From Capsulimonadaceae bacterium (GTDB lineage: Bacteria; Armatimonadota; Armatimonadia; Armatimonadales; Capsulimonadaceae), in the NCBI GenBank assembly GCA_965215505.1, contig OZ244065.1, positions 4,128,001 to 4,192,000 of the forward strand: a stretch of DNA of 64,000 nt, given 5' to 3'. This document shows positions 8,975 to 18,176 of the stretch, one piece after another; the stretch's first letter is position 1, and each line of letters starts with the position of its first letter. The translations under genes and the position numbers were made by a program. The notes beneath the pieces were generated by a model, which searched no databases, was not told the DNA's origin, and saw nothing but the letters and a program-made list of their open reading frames with translations.

Positions 8975-11179
8975 TTACGGCCTCACGACTCGCCCCGCCA
9001 CCGAAGACAGCAGCCGGACTCGCCCGAGCTGAGGCGAATAGACCTTGGCGTCGTTGGCGAACTCGATCCTGACATAGTTCGTCCCCTCCGGCACCCGGAC
9101 GGGGCGGAAGTTCGTGCGGGAAAACTCCCCGCTGGTCGGAACGGGGGCGTCGTTCTTGACTTCAAGCGGCGTCCAGCGCCCGCCGTCGGGCGAGGCGTAG
9201 AACCGGACCTTGCCGGCCAGCGCGTCCGTGAAATAGACGCGCGCCGTGAAGTCGGTCAAGTGGTAAAGATGGTAGGTCAGGCTCTCGGGCGCGTCGCTGA
9301 CCCGCTTCAGATGTGAGGCAGCCCCTTCGAACATGTCCGGGTGGATCGTCTCGAAGAACCAGCCCCCGGCGTGGCTGTCCGTCTTGCTCCAGTCCAGCAT
9401 GTCGTCCACGACCACTTTGTCATTCGTGATCGAGACGGGCGCGGACGCCCTGATGTCTCGGCCCGCGCCGTCCTTCGCCGTCGCCGTGACACGCACCCGG
9501 CCCAGCCTGCGCGCCGTCAGCAGGCCGGACGGCGTGATGATCGCCAGGGCGGTCGGCCTGCCGTCGGGACCGCTGACCGACCACCGCACCGCCCCATTGT
9601 CTGGGGTGACGGCAGCCTCCATCGGCAGCGTCTCGCCCCGCATGACCTGTGCGGGGCGGACGGTGACGGCGGAAACCGGCACCGCGCGGCCCGACGCGAG
9701 CGCCACCGGGGAGCCGCCATCCAGTGTGGTCAGGAGAACCAGCCCGCGCGACGGCAGCGAGACGGTCAGGCCGGTCGCCAGGCTGATGCCGGGCAGGACC
9801 CGTCTGACTACGGGGAAGCCGCCAGCGTTGGTGGGCCGGTCGGCGTCAAAGTAGTGGTACTCGCGCAGGATCGCCCGCCCCGCTGCGTTCGGAACGATGA
9901 CGCGCACCGTCCGGGGAGTGTCTGAGTCGTTGACGACGGCCAGGCTGAGGTCGTCCTTGCCCCCGTTCATCCGCGTCGCCGCCGCCGCCCGGACGCCGGG
10001 AAGTGCCGTGCTGCTGGCGCTGACGACCTTCATGCCGCGCGGGAACGCATGGCACAGCAGGGACCACGGATAGAACCAGGGGCGCAGGTTCTCGTCCTCC
10101 GGCCTGCCCATCGCGCCGCCGAACGTGTTCCAAAAGCCCCAGACTTTCAGGCTGTAGGCATTCGGGTTCGCCGCCGTCGGCGCGATCTTCGCCTGCGTGT
10201 GCATCGAGTCGTCCAGGTCCCAGGCGGAGACGCCGCCGACGCCCGCCCGCATGGTCTGGAGCAGATAGTCGGCCATGTAGACGCCGTAGCCGAAGTCCCG
10301 GATTTTCGTGTTGCTGTCGCCGCTCTTCCAATCGCCGGTTTGGGCCGCCAGGGTGTCGCTGGTCCCGGCTTCGGCGATCAGGAACGGCTTTGCCCGCCCC
10401 GCCGGGTCGTGCGCGGCGGCGAAACTTCGTCTGCGCGTCAGCGTCTTCTCGATGAGGCCGCCGGTGATCTCGTCATCCTGCGCGTACCAGTGGACCTCGT
10501 AAGCGCCTAACGTCTGCGGCATTTCACCGGCCGCACTGTTCGCCCACCACAGCAAGTCGGTGCCCGAGGTGTCCGGCCCGACCAAGGCGATTTGCCGGTC
10601 CAGGCCGCGTTTGTGCAACTCGGCGGCCAGGCTTTCCTGAGAAGTTTTCCAGCGCTCGAATGCGGCCTGATCGCCCGTCGGCTCGTTCTGCTTGTTGTAG
10701 TACCGGATGCAGGAATACCCCTTCGCCCGGACCAGGTGTTCCAGGCAGTCCGCGATGAGCCGCGACCAGCGCGGGTCGTCGGCGGCCATGCCGAAGGACG
10801 GCCCCCACTCACCCAGCAGCACCTCCACATGATGCGACTGGCAGTAGTCCAGTATCCTGTAGAGCCGCCCCATCCGCGCCGTGTCCCAGTCGTAGCCCGG
10901 CCGGCCCTGCGCGTCGAACCCGGTACAGTAGAAATCAGAGGTCAGGCAGCAGCGGATGAACTGCGGCCTCAGCACGTCCACGCGCTGGGATATCCGGCCC
11001 CACTGCGCGTCGGTGTAGGCGAAGTCGCTGGGGTCCCACTGCACCCCCGCGCCCGTGTAGCTCTTGACCACGGCCGTGTCGGTGTCTACATAGACCGTGG
11101 CGTCGGAGGGCGCGGCGGCACGCGCCACCAGAGGGGAAAGAAGCAGGGCGATTGCGGTCAGGGTCAGGCGGATGGTCAC
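8975..11179 (-). CDS. Secreted clan GH-A glycoside hydrolase (GH5/30/39-like) with Ig-like and C-terminal accessory domains
   Basis: GTG start at 11179 with GGAG RBS and signal peptide; YYNKQNEP acid/base and FLIAEAG nucleophile-like motifs; Big_2-like VRWSV...G.LTA segment. Confidence 0.75.
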   Translation of the reverse strand: MTIRLTLTAIALLLSPLVARAAAPSDATVYVDTDTAVVKSYTGAGVQWDPSDFAYTDAQWGRISQRVDVLRPQFIRCCLTSDFYCTGFDAQGRPGYDWDTARMGRLYRILDYCQSHHVEVLLGEWGPSFGMAADDPRWSRLIADCLEHLVRAKGYSCIRYYNKQNEPTGDQAAFERWKTSQESLAAELHKRGLDRQIALVGPDTSGTDLLWWANSAAGEMPQTLGAYEVHWYAQDDEITGGLIEKTLTRRRSFAAAHDPAGRAKPFLIAEAGTSDTLAAQTGDWKSGDSNTKIRDFGYGVYMADYLLQTMRAGVGGVSAWDLDDSMHTQAKIAPTAANPNAYSLKVWGFWNTFGGAMGRPEDENLRPWFYPWSLLCHAFPRGMKVVSASSTALPGVRAAAATRMNGGKDDLSLAVVNDSDTPRTVRVIVPNAAGRAILREYHYFDADRPTNAGGFPVVRRVLPGISLATGLTVSLPSRGLVLLTTLDGGSPVALASGRAVPVSAVTVRPAQVMRGETLPMEAAVTPDNGAVRWSVSGPDGRPTALAIITPSGLLTARRLGRVRVTATAKDGAGRDIRASAPVSITNDKVVVDDMLDWSKTDSHAGGWFFETIHPDMFEGAASHLKRVSDAPESLTYHLYHLTDFTARVYFTDALAGKVRFYASPDGGRWTPLEVKNDAPVPTSGEFSRTNFRPVRVPEGTNYVRIEFANDAKVYSPQLGRVRLLSSVAGRVVRP

Positions 11180-11213
11180 TCTCTGCTCCGTGCCGGCGAC
11201 GCCGGCACCATCG

Positions 11214-12818
11214 CTAGGCCGTCGCCTGCAAGACGTACAGGACGCCGTTCGTCGCGGCGCAGACGAGGTAGTCGCCGTACAGCGCCAGCCCCGCCGTCGC
11301 CAGGCGCGTGCCGGGCGTCGTCTCGTAGGCGCGCAGCACGTTATACTCGGCATCCAATGAATAAATGTTGCCGTCGTCCGCGCCCGCGAAAACTGTATGA
11401 CCCCCGCAGGCGGGGGCACACCGCAGGGGGGACGCGCTGACCCGGCGCGAGCGGATCAGGTTGCCGGTATTGACGGCGACGATGTGCAGGAACCCGTCGT
11501 CGCTCCCGACATAAAGCAGGCCATCGAAGGACAGCGCGGGCGATACGGAGACGGGGCGGGACGACACATTGGTCTTCCAGCGGACCGTGCCGGTCGCCGA
11601 CTCCACGGCCCAGACTGTGCCGGTCATGGTGGCGGCATACACGACGCCGTCGCGGACGAGCGGCGCGGCGTCGAACGGCCCGTCCGTCTCGGTCGCCCAG
11701 ACCTGTGCCCCCGTCGCCAGGTCGAAGGCGCGCAGGTGGCCGTCGTCGCTGCCCACAAAGGCCCCGCCGCCCCAAGCCGCCGGGGCCGTGTCGAGCTGCC
11801 CGCCGACCGGGAGCGTCCGCACCAACCGCCCGTCATCGCGGTCCAGAATGGCGAGGTCCGTGCCGGACGGCACCAGCAGGAGGTCGCCGGACACCGTGAC
11901 GCCCCCGTAGACAGCCCCGGCGACTTTTGACTCCCAGCGGCGCGTCCCACGAATCACGTCCATCGCCAGGACCGACCCGCCCAATGTCGCCGCGTACAGC
12001 ATCCCGTCAGGGGAGAGCGCCATCGCGCCCCGGTCGGGATACAGCCCGCTACCGTCCGGCAGGTCGAAGTCCCAGAGGGCCGCTCCGTTCGCCAGGGCGA
12101 AGGCGTAGATCGAGGCGCGTCCCGCCTCGGAGTCAATGGCCGAGGCGATCACCATGCCGAAGGCGGCCAGCGGCGCGCTCCACTCCAGAGCGTCGGCGGC
12201 CCGCGTCGGCGCTGACGTCGGGAAGGACCAGCGTCGGGCCAGGTGTGCGCCCAAAGGGGTTTCGGACGCCAGGGCGTGGCTGGCGTCCCCGCCCGGTGCC
12301 ATGCGCCAGTCCGCCTGGGTCCGCAGGACGTGGGCCGGGTTCAGGCGGCACCCGCGCGCCAGCCAGGTGTTCGGCGTCCCGCAGACCGGGCACAGGCGGA
12401 TGCGCTCCCCGCACCGGCGGCACTCGGTCGCACCCTCGGGCAGATCGGCGGCGCAGTGCGGGCAGTTGGACAGCGGCGGGACGACGGCGATGGCGAGTTC
12501 CACGTCGGCGGGCAGCGCGGCGGCGTCCGCCGCCTGCACGGCGAGGTACTGCCCAAACAGCGTGACCCGCGTCAGGGCCAGGGCCGCATTCCCGGCCCGC
12601 TCCGGCCTCAACTCCGCCACGACCGTCTGCGCCTCAGCGGGGGCCAGCGCGAACTCGGACGGGTACAGGTCCAGCCACGGCACGGCCGAGCGGACGCCCA
12701 CATGCAGGACGGCCTGCGCGTTCTCGTTGCGGACGACGGCGACGCGCCGGGCGACCTTGTCGGTGCCCAGCGCGTGCTCCTGCGAGAAATCGAATTCGGT
12801 TGTGTCGAGGACGGGCAT
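11214..12818 (-). CDS. PQQ-like (BamB-type) beta-propeller protein with N-terminal zinc ribbons
   Basis: CPHC, CRRC and CPVC motifs followed by repeated A.D..TG...W propeller blades. Confidence 0.85.
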   Translation of the reverse strand: MPVLDTTEFDFSQEHALGTDKVARRVAVVRNENAQAVLHVGVRSAVPWLDLYPSEFALAPAEAQTVVAELRPERAGNAALALTRVTLFGQYLAVQAADAAALPADVELAIAVVPPLSNCPHCAADLPEGATECRRCGERIRLCPVCGTPNTWLARGCRLNPAHVLRTQADWRMAPGGDASHALASETPLGAHLARRWSFPTSAPTRAADALEWSAPLAAFGMVIASAIDSEAGRASIYAFALANGAALWDFDLPDGSGLYPDRGAMALSPDGMLYAATLGGSVLAMDVIRGTRRWESKVAGAVYGGVTVSGDLLLVPSGTDLAILDRDDGRLVRTLPVGGQLDTAPAAWGGGAFVGSDDGHLRAFDLATGAQVWATETDGPFDAAPLVRDGVVYAATMTGTVWAVESATGTVRWKTNVSSRPVSVSPALSFDGLLYVGSDDGFLHIVAVNTGNLIRSRRVSASPLRCAPACGGHTVFAGADDGNIYSLDAEYNVLRAYETTPGTRLATAGLALYGDYLVCAATNGVLYVLQATA

Positions 12819-12830
12819 GGGGTGGTACTT

Positions 12831-13151
12831 TTACTCGTACCGTATGCCGAGTCGGTTGGCTTCGTCGAAGGTCAGGCCCTCCGCCGCCGTCACATACAGG
12901 ATGCTGTCAGGGTCATGGGTCGCTTCGTAGGCGCGCATGATCATGACCGAGCGTTCGAACGGGTCTGTCCCGGCCCACGCATCCCAGATGACGTAGAGGT
13001 GAGAGGGGTACTCATGCTCCTCGCGCCTCTGCTCGACGATGACAGGCTCCGCCGCGTCTTCCTGGGGCTGCGCCCATTCTTGGACCAGCCGCGCCTCCAG
13101 AAGCGGCGCGTCCGGTTCAAGCACGTTGGGTTCAAATCTTCTGACTGGCAT
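12831..13151 (-). CDS. Small protein of unknown function, BolA/MNT-like pattern (copy 1)
   Basis: ATG at 13151 with GGAGG RBS, 2 nt after the HEPN stop; clearly paralogous to 14498-14830. Confidence 0.75.
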   Translation of the reverse strand: MPVRRFEPNVLEPDAPLLEARLVQEWAQPQEDAAEPVIVEQRREEHEYPSHLYVIWDAWAGTDPFERSVMIMRAYEATHDPDSILYVTAAEGLTFDEANRLGIRYE

Positions 13152-13153
13152 CG

Positions 13154-13654
13154 CTACCTCCACAACTTTCCGTAATTGGCGCGCAGCCAATCCATATCAT
13201 CGAGCAATATCAGGGCTTCCCTCGGCTGCGCCGCGTCCGGCCGGTAACGCATCCCGATCCACCAGTTTTGGTACAAGCGCCGGGTTCGAGATATGAATGG
13301 GGCATCCACGGCCGGAGGAAGCGGGTTGTTCTGCTGCCTCCTTTTTGCGCGCAGCAGAAGCGCCCAGAAGCGCAGGCTGTGGAAGGTTTCGCGGGGAATG
13401 CCTGGTATCAACCGCTGCGCGGTCTGCTGTGCCGGCCCCAACAGGGCGGCGATGCGGTCCGTCGGCTGCGCCCCGCTGAAGTGGAAGTAGGCCGACTTCA
13501 GCAGCATCTCCGCGCTGTAGCCCATCAGGTACATCCCCGCCCCGCCATAGCCGCCGGACATGAGTTCGCGTCCCTCCAGATACCGGGCGGAAGCGGCCCT
13601 CTCAAAGCTGAAGAGGGTTTCCTGTTGCTGTTCCAGCCGAAAACGAAGCGGCAC
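13154..13654 (-). CDS. HEPN-domain protein
   Basis: YLMGYSAEMLLKSAY ... FHSL ... NWWIGMRY matches the HEPN G-Y-x2-E-x2-LK / H-x-L / W-x4-RY pattern. Confidence 0.7.
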   Translation of the reverse strand: MPLRFRLEQQQETLFSFERAASARYLEGRELMSGGYGGAGMYLMGYSAEMLLKSAYFHFSGAQPTDRIAALLGPAQQTAQRLIPGIPRETFHSLRFWALLLRAKRRQQNNPLPPAVDAPFISRTRRLYQNWWIGMRYRPDAAQPREALILLDDMDWLRANYGKLWR

Positions 13655-13756
13655 CCCTGCGTCTCCTCCAATTTTACCAGAAGCATAAAGACCTCTGCGC
13701 CAACGCCGGCACCTAAACCGCTGGCTACAGCGGCGCGCATCCGGCGTCGGCCCGCT

Positions 13757-14484
13757 TCACCTCGTCCGATAGTATATCCGGTAGTGGTAGCTCATCTCCA
13801 CCCCATCCACCTCGGACATGATGGTTTCCACCGCCCCGGTGGGGAACTCCATCGCCACGACACGCCGCAGCGTCTCCCGGTCGGGGGCTGTCCAAGTGGA
13901 CTCGACCGTCGCGTGTGCGAATCCGAGGCCGCCATAAAACTCGTTGTTCTCCTGCTGCATCCGGGCGGCCTGTCCCTGAGAGTAGGCGAAGCGGGCAAGG
14001 AAGCCGGCGAACTGCCCCGAGGTGAGGGCGTTGTCAACGATGAAGAAATGGCCGCCGGGCCGCAGCAGGCGCAGGCCCTCTTTGACGCCCGGCTCGCAGG
14101 AGCGCCCCGCCCCGCGCGCCGGGCCGAAGAAGTAGGCGAAGCGCGAGTGGATCATGTCCAGGCAGCCGTCGCGCAGCGGCACGTCCTCGGCCCGCGCCGC
14201 CAGGACGCTGATGTTGATCCTAACCCCGCCCGCGACACGGCCATAAAGCTGGCGGAGCATCTTGGGTGCAGGCTCGACGGCGAAGACGTGGGCGGCGCGT
14301 TCCGCGAAGCGGCAGGCGTGGCAGCCGCCGCCCGCACCGATGTCGGCCAACCACGCACCCGCTAGCGGCGCGACGCCTTCCATGAACCGCTCGATGCCTG
14401 CTCAGGGTCGGCAATGGCGTTCTCTAGGTCGTAAGTCGCCGCGTCTTCCTCGCCTGGGTAGTGGTAGATGTCGGGCGCGTTCAG
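13757..14484 (-). pseudogene. Class I SAM-dependent methyltransferase, apparently frameshifted near its 5' end
   Basis: ORF 13757-14383 has motif I ADIGAGGG. Upstream sequence LNAPDIYHYP...TYDLENAIADPEQ reads as a plausible N-terminus in a different frame, with the shift near 14398. Confidence 0.6.
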
Positions 14485-14497
14485 CTTATCGGGCCTC

Positions 14498-14830
14498 TCA
14501 AGCGGCTGGTTCCAGCGGCGCGTACCCAATACCCATGCGCTCCGCTTCCGCCGCCGTCAGGCCGAGCGCGACACGCAGGTTGGATGCGGATGCGCTCCCT
14601 TTTGCCTCACGGTAGGCTTCCAATGTGATTTCAGAGCGCTCCAGTTGCGTGAGTTGACCCCACTCGCTCCAGATTACATACAGATGTGTGGGTGCCTGTT
14701 GCCCCTGGGCTTCCAGCACGATGACTGGCTCCGCCATGCCCTCCTGCGGATTCTTGATCTCTTCCGCGATGCGATGGGAGAACGCCTCATAAACAGGATT
14801 TTTCGGATATATTCTTTGTGCGTAAGACAT
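14498..14830 (-). CDS. Small protein of unknown function, BolA/MNT-like pattern (copy 2)
   Basis: Shares AEPVIV, HLYVIW..W, ERS...AY and GLT..EA.R.GI with 12831-13151; GGAG RBS. Confidence 0.75.
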   Translation of the reverse strand: MSYAQRIYPKNPVYEAFSHRIAEEIKNPQEGMAEPVIVLEAQGQQAPTHLYVIWSEWGQLTQLERSEITLEAYREAKGSASASNLRVALGLTAAEAERMGIGYAPLEPAA

Positions 14831-14896
14831 GGTCTATCTCCGTGGGGTGTAAAGAGAGCCATCAAGGTAATGACGGCGGACCATGACATAGCCTAG

Positions 14897-15280
14897 TCAG
14901 GGCGTTGCTAAATCAGCCTCACGCATTTGCCGAAACGTATGCCGCAATGTTGCTTGTGCCTCGGGCAATTTGCACCCCTTCTCATCATACGCGATCCCCT
15001 GAATGTTATAGTAGCGGAGTTGAAACTTATCCACTTCATGCCAATACTGGGCGCAAAGGGAGACTCCGTCAAGAGGATAAATCTGGTGTGCTGTCTTATT
15101 GGCGAAGATGTAGAGCGCAAAATGTGAACTGACGGGCCAGACGCCATTTCTGATCCCCGCCTCAGCGACCGCCGTGACCAAAGCCGTCATCGGCTCCTGA
15201 CGATGAGCGGGATGTATTTCTTGGTAGCGTTGGACGATCTCGGCCCATCGCTCGTTTGTCAGTTCAGCAGATGACATCAT
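14897..15280 (-). CDS. Hypothetical protein (lower GC)
   Basis: About 127-aa ORF directly after the E2 gene, GGAG RBS. Confidence 0.55.
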   Translation of the reverse strand: MMSSAELTNERWAEIVQRYQEIHPAHRQEPMTALVTAVAEAGIRNGVWPVSSHFALYIFANKTAHQIYPLDGVSLCAQYWHEVDKFQLRYYNIQGIAYDEKGCKLPEAQATLRHTFRQMREADLATP

Positions 15281-15298
15281 CCCACTCCCGTGGACAGA

Positions 15299-16708
15299 TT
15301 ACGCAAACATCAGGTACGGCTGTTCCAATGTCTCCTTGAGCTGCGCCAGGAACGCGGCGGCGGGGGCACCGTCCACGACGCGGTGGTCGAAGGACAGGCA
15401 GAGGTTCATCATCGGGCGCACGGCGGGCAATCCGTCCACGGCGACGACCGTGTCGCAGATGGCGCAGACGCCCAGGATGGCGGTCTGGGGCGGGACGATG
15501 ATGGGGTCAAACTGCGTGACGCCGAACGTGCCCAGGTTTGAGAGCGAGAAGGTCCCGCCCGTCACCTCGTCCGGCGCGAGGCCGCCGCTCTTGGCCCGTG
15601 CGGCGAGGTCCTTCAAGGCACGGCTGAACTCGCCCAGCGACTTCCCCTGGGCGTCCTTGACGACCGGCACGATCAGGCCGTCCGCGCCCAAGGAGACGGC
15701 GACGCCCAGATGCACGGCGGGGTGCAGCGTGATGTCGTCCCCGGCCAGGGTGCTGTTGAGGTAAGGGTGGTCCAGCAAAGCCCGCGCCGCAGCCTTGGCG
15801 ATGATGTCGGTGAACGAGACGCGGACGCCCAGCGTCTTCTCGATGGCGGGCAGGACCTGCGCCCGGAACCGGGTCGCCTCGGACATATCCACCGGCAAGG
15901 TCAGCGTGACGTGCGGCGCGGTCCGGGCGCTCCGGCTCACCGCCTCGGCCACCATCTTCCGCATCCCGCGCAGGGTGACGACTCGCCCCCCGGCAGCAGG
16001 GGGGGCGTCGGGGCGGGCCGGCGGGGCGACGCTGCGCTTGACGTCCTCCTGCGTCACCTTGCCGCCGTGGCCCGTCCCCTGCACCGCCTCGACCGAGACG
16101 CCGTGTTCGGAGGCGACACGCTGGGCGAGGGGCGAGACGCGCGGCGCAGCCCGCTCGGCCTCCTTCCGGCGGGCCTGCTCTTCCTCCTGGAAGGCGACCA
16201 CGTCCGCCTCGACGACCCGGCCGTCTACGCCGGTGCCACACCCAGCCAGCCGCGTGAGGTCCACGCTATTCTCGTCGGCGTACCGGCGGGCGCGCGGGCT
16301 GGCGAAGACGCGGTCCCCCGGCACTTCCAGTGCCGGGCCGCCCTGGAGTGGAAGTCGCTCCGTGACCGGGGACACGCCGCCCGGCTTGTCTGCTATGGCG
16401 CAGGCGGTCGCCGGCAGCTCGATCGGGGCGGCACCGGGTTCCTCGCCGAGCAGGCCCGAGATGTCTTCGTCCGCCGCCCCCAGGATCGCCACGGGGGCGT
16501 TGACCGGGACCGTCGCGTCCACGGCGGCCAGTATCTTCCGCAGGACGCCCGCCTCGGGGGCCTCGACCTCCATGTTGACCTTGTCCGTCATCACCTCATA
16601 AAGCGCCTCACCCTTGGCGACGGTTTCCCCTTCGGATTTGAACCACTGTGTGATCGTGCCTTCTTCCATGCTGTTGCCCAGCGCGGGCAGCCCGAGCGTC
16701 TTTGCCAT
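15299..16708 (-). CDS. Dihydrolipoamide acyltransferase (E2) of a 2-oxoacid/acetoin dehydrogenase complex
   Basis: Start MAKTLGLP with GAGGAG RBS; lipoyl motif EVMTDKVNMEV; two subunit-binding domains; catalytic DHRVVDG. Confidence 0.93.
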   Translation of the reverse strand: MAKTLGLPALGNSMEEGTITQWFKSEGETVAKGEALYEVMTDKVNMEVEAPEAGVLRKILAAVDATVPVNAPVAILGAADEDISGLLGEEPGAAPIELPATACAIADKPGGVSPVTERLPLQGGPALEVPGDRVFASPRARRYADENSVDLTRLAGCGTGVDGRVVEADVVAFQEEEQARRKEAERAAPRVSPLAQRVASEHGVSVEAVQGTGHGGKVTQEDVKRSVAPPARPDAPPAAGGRVVTLRGMRKMVAEAVSRSARTAPHVTLTLPVDMSEATRFRAQVLPAIEKTLGVRVSFTDIIAKAAARALLDHPYLNSTLAGDDITLHPAVHLGVAVSLGADGLIVPVVKDAQGKSLGEFSRALKDLAARAKSGGLAPDEVTGGTFSLSNLGTFGVTQFDPIIVPPQTAILGVCAICDTVVAVDGLPAVRPMMNLCLSFDHRVVDGAPAAAFLAQLKETLEQPYLMFA

Positions 16709-16739
16709 TCGTGTCTCCTCGTTCGGCCTCCCCCGCACG

Positions 16740-18143
16740 TCACTTGCTGCCCCACATGATGAACTCATGGCCCGAGTCGGCCGGCGTCTTCGGCTTGGCC
16801 GCCGGCTCCGGAGCCGGGCTGTCGGGCGGCCTGGGCTGGGGCGGAGCGGTCGAGGCCACGGCAGGCACGGGAACGGGCGAGGGAGCGGGCGGGGCCACCT
16901 CCGGGCGCAGCGGGACGAGCGGCCTGAAGTGGAACGCGACGCGCGGGGGCCGGGGGTCGGGGGTGACCGCCGCCAGAGCCTTGATGTCACTCCGGACCGG
17001 ACGCCCGGCCTCCTCCAAACGGTCCAGGTCCGTCAGGAACGGCCCGGCCTCCTGGCGGACCTGATCGGGCGCGTCCCGCTCGGAGAGCCGGGCGAGGGCC
17101 GGGCGCAGGCGCTCGCGCGCCGCGCTCAGGCCCGCCAGGTCCGTCGCCAACTGCTCCCGCAGGAGGCGGCGCGGCCCGTCCCCCGCCTCCGCGCGGGCGG
17201 CGCTGCCACGCGCCAGAAGCCGGTCCGCACGCGGCAGCGCGGCCCGATACCGCGCCAGAAGCCGACGCCTCAGCGCGTCGGTCGGGTCCGCGTCCGCTGA
17301 AACCGCCCCGGACGGGACTGCCCCGGCTGGGGCTGCGGGGACGGCGCGCGGCACCGCCCAGGCGCTTCCCACGATACCGGGATGCGCCGGGGTTGTGAAG
17401 GGGGTGGGGACACGGAGGCGCGGAGCCGGGGCCGCGACAGGGACGGCAACGGGCGGGGCCGCCGGGTCGGCGTCCGCCGCAGTGGAGTCCGCCGCAGTGG
17501 AGTCCGCCGCAGTGGAGTCCGCCGCAGTGGAGTCCGCAGCCGGATCGGCGTTCCCGCTCGGTGTCAACCCGTCCCCGCGTCGCTCCTCCGGGGGGATGCC
17601 GGCCGCACCCCCGACGGGGATGGACGGCGAGACGCCGAAGTTCGCGGGTCGCCGGGGGCTGGAGCCGTCCAGGGAAAGCCCCACCACCACCAGCACCACG
17701 ACCGCGCCCGCCGTGGCCCCCAGCCAGGCGGAGCGCGTCATCCGGATACTGTCCGCCGACCCCTCGTGCGCTTCCTCCGGGGGGCCGCCTTGGAAGCCGG
17801 CCGGCGTCACGGACGCCTGGTGACTCCTGGACGCAGGCGAAGGCGGGGATTTCAGCGGCATGGGTCTCAGCGGCGGTGCCCCTGCCCGGCGCGCGGCCTG
17901 GAGGACGGCGTCATAGGCCGCCTTGCGTGGGGCGTCCGAGAGGAAGGTGTAGGCGGCATTGACGCGCCGGAACTGCTCCGCGCACCGAGCGTCGTCGCCG
18001 TGCAGGTCGGGGTGGCAGAGCTTCGCGAGCCGCCGGTACTGGCTCTTGACGTCCTCCATCGGGCTGCCCGGCTCTAGTTCCAGGACCCCATAATGGTCCT
18101 GCTCCATAGACATCATAGGTTTCGCTCTTTCAACCGCGTCCAT
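16740..18143 (-). CDS. DnaJ-domain membrane protein with Pro/Ala-rich linker
   Basis: DHYGVL...YRRLAKLCHPD J-domain, one TM segment, low-complexity region; start uncertain. Confidence 0.8.
   Translation of the reverse strand: MDAVERAKPMMSMEQDHYGVLELEPGSPMEDVKSQYRRLAKLCHPDLHGDDARCAEQFRRVNAAYTFLSDAPRKAAYDAVLQAARRAGAPPLRPMPLKSPPSPASRSHQASVTPAGFQGGPPEEAHEGSADSIRMTRSAWLGATAGAVVVLVVVGLSLDGSSPRRPANFGVSPSIPVGGAAGIPPEERRGDGLTPSGNADPAADSTAADSTAADSTAADSTAADADPAAPPVAVPVAAPAPRLRVPTPFTTPAHPGIVGSAWAVPRAVPAAPAGAVPSGAVSADADPTDALRRRLLARYRAALPRADRLLARGSAARAEAGDGPRRLLREQLATDLAGLSAARERLRPALARLSERDAPDQVRQEAGPFLTDLDRLEEAGRPVRSDIKALAAVTPDPRPPRVAFHFRPLVPLRPEVAPPAPSPVPVPAVASTAPPQPRPPDSPAPEPAAKPKTPADSGHEFIMWGSK
17472..17537. 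repeat. 15-bp coding tandem repeat (ADSTA x4)
   Basis: GTCCGCCGCAGTGGA repeated 4 times plus a partial copy. Confidence 0.92.
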
Positions 18144-18176
18144 CCCGCCTGGCCGGCGTTGCCGCTAAACCGCTCG

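Noticed and set aside
11180-11419. N-terminal extensions of track ORFs (also 16709-16990, 31005-31214, 47496-47705, 19979-20197)
   Set aside because: They mostly overlap neighbouring genes or promoter regions; downstream starts give better RBS, signal peptides or domain boundaries
17472-17537. Tandem repeat as a phase-variation switch or array
   Set aside because: The 15-bp unit preserves frame within a low-complexity linker; an ordinary coding VNTR
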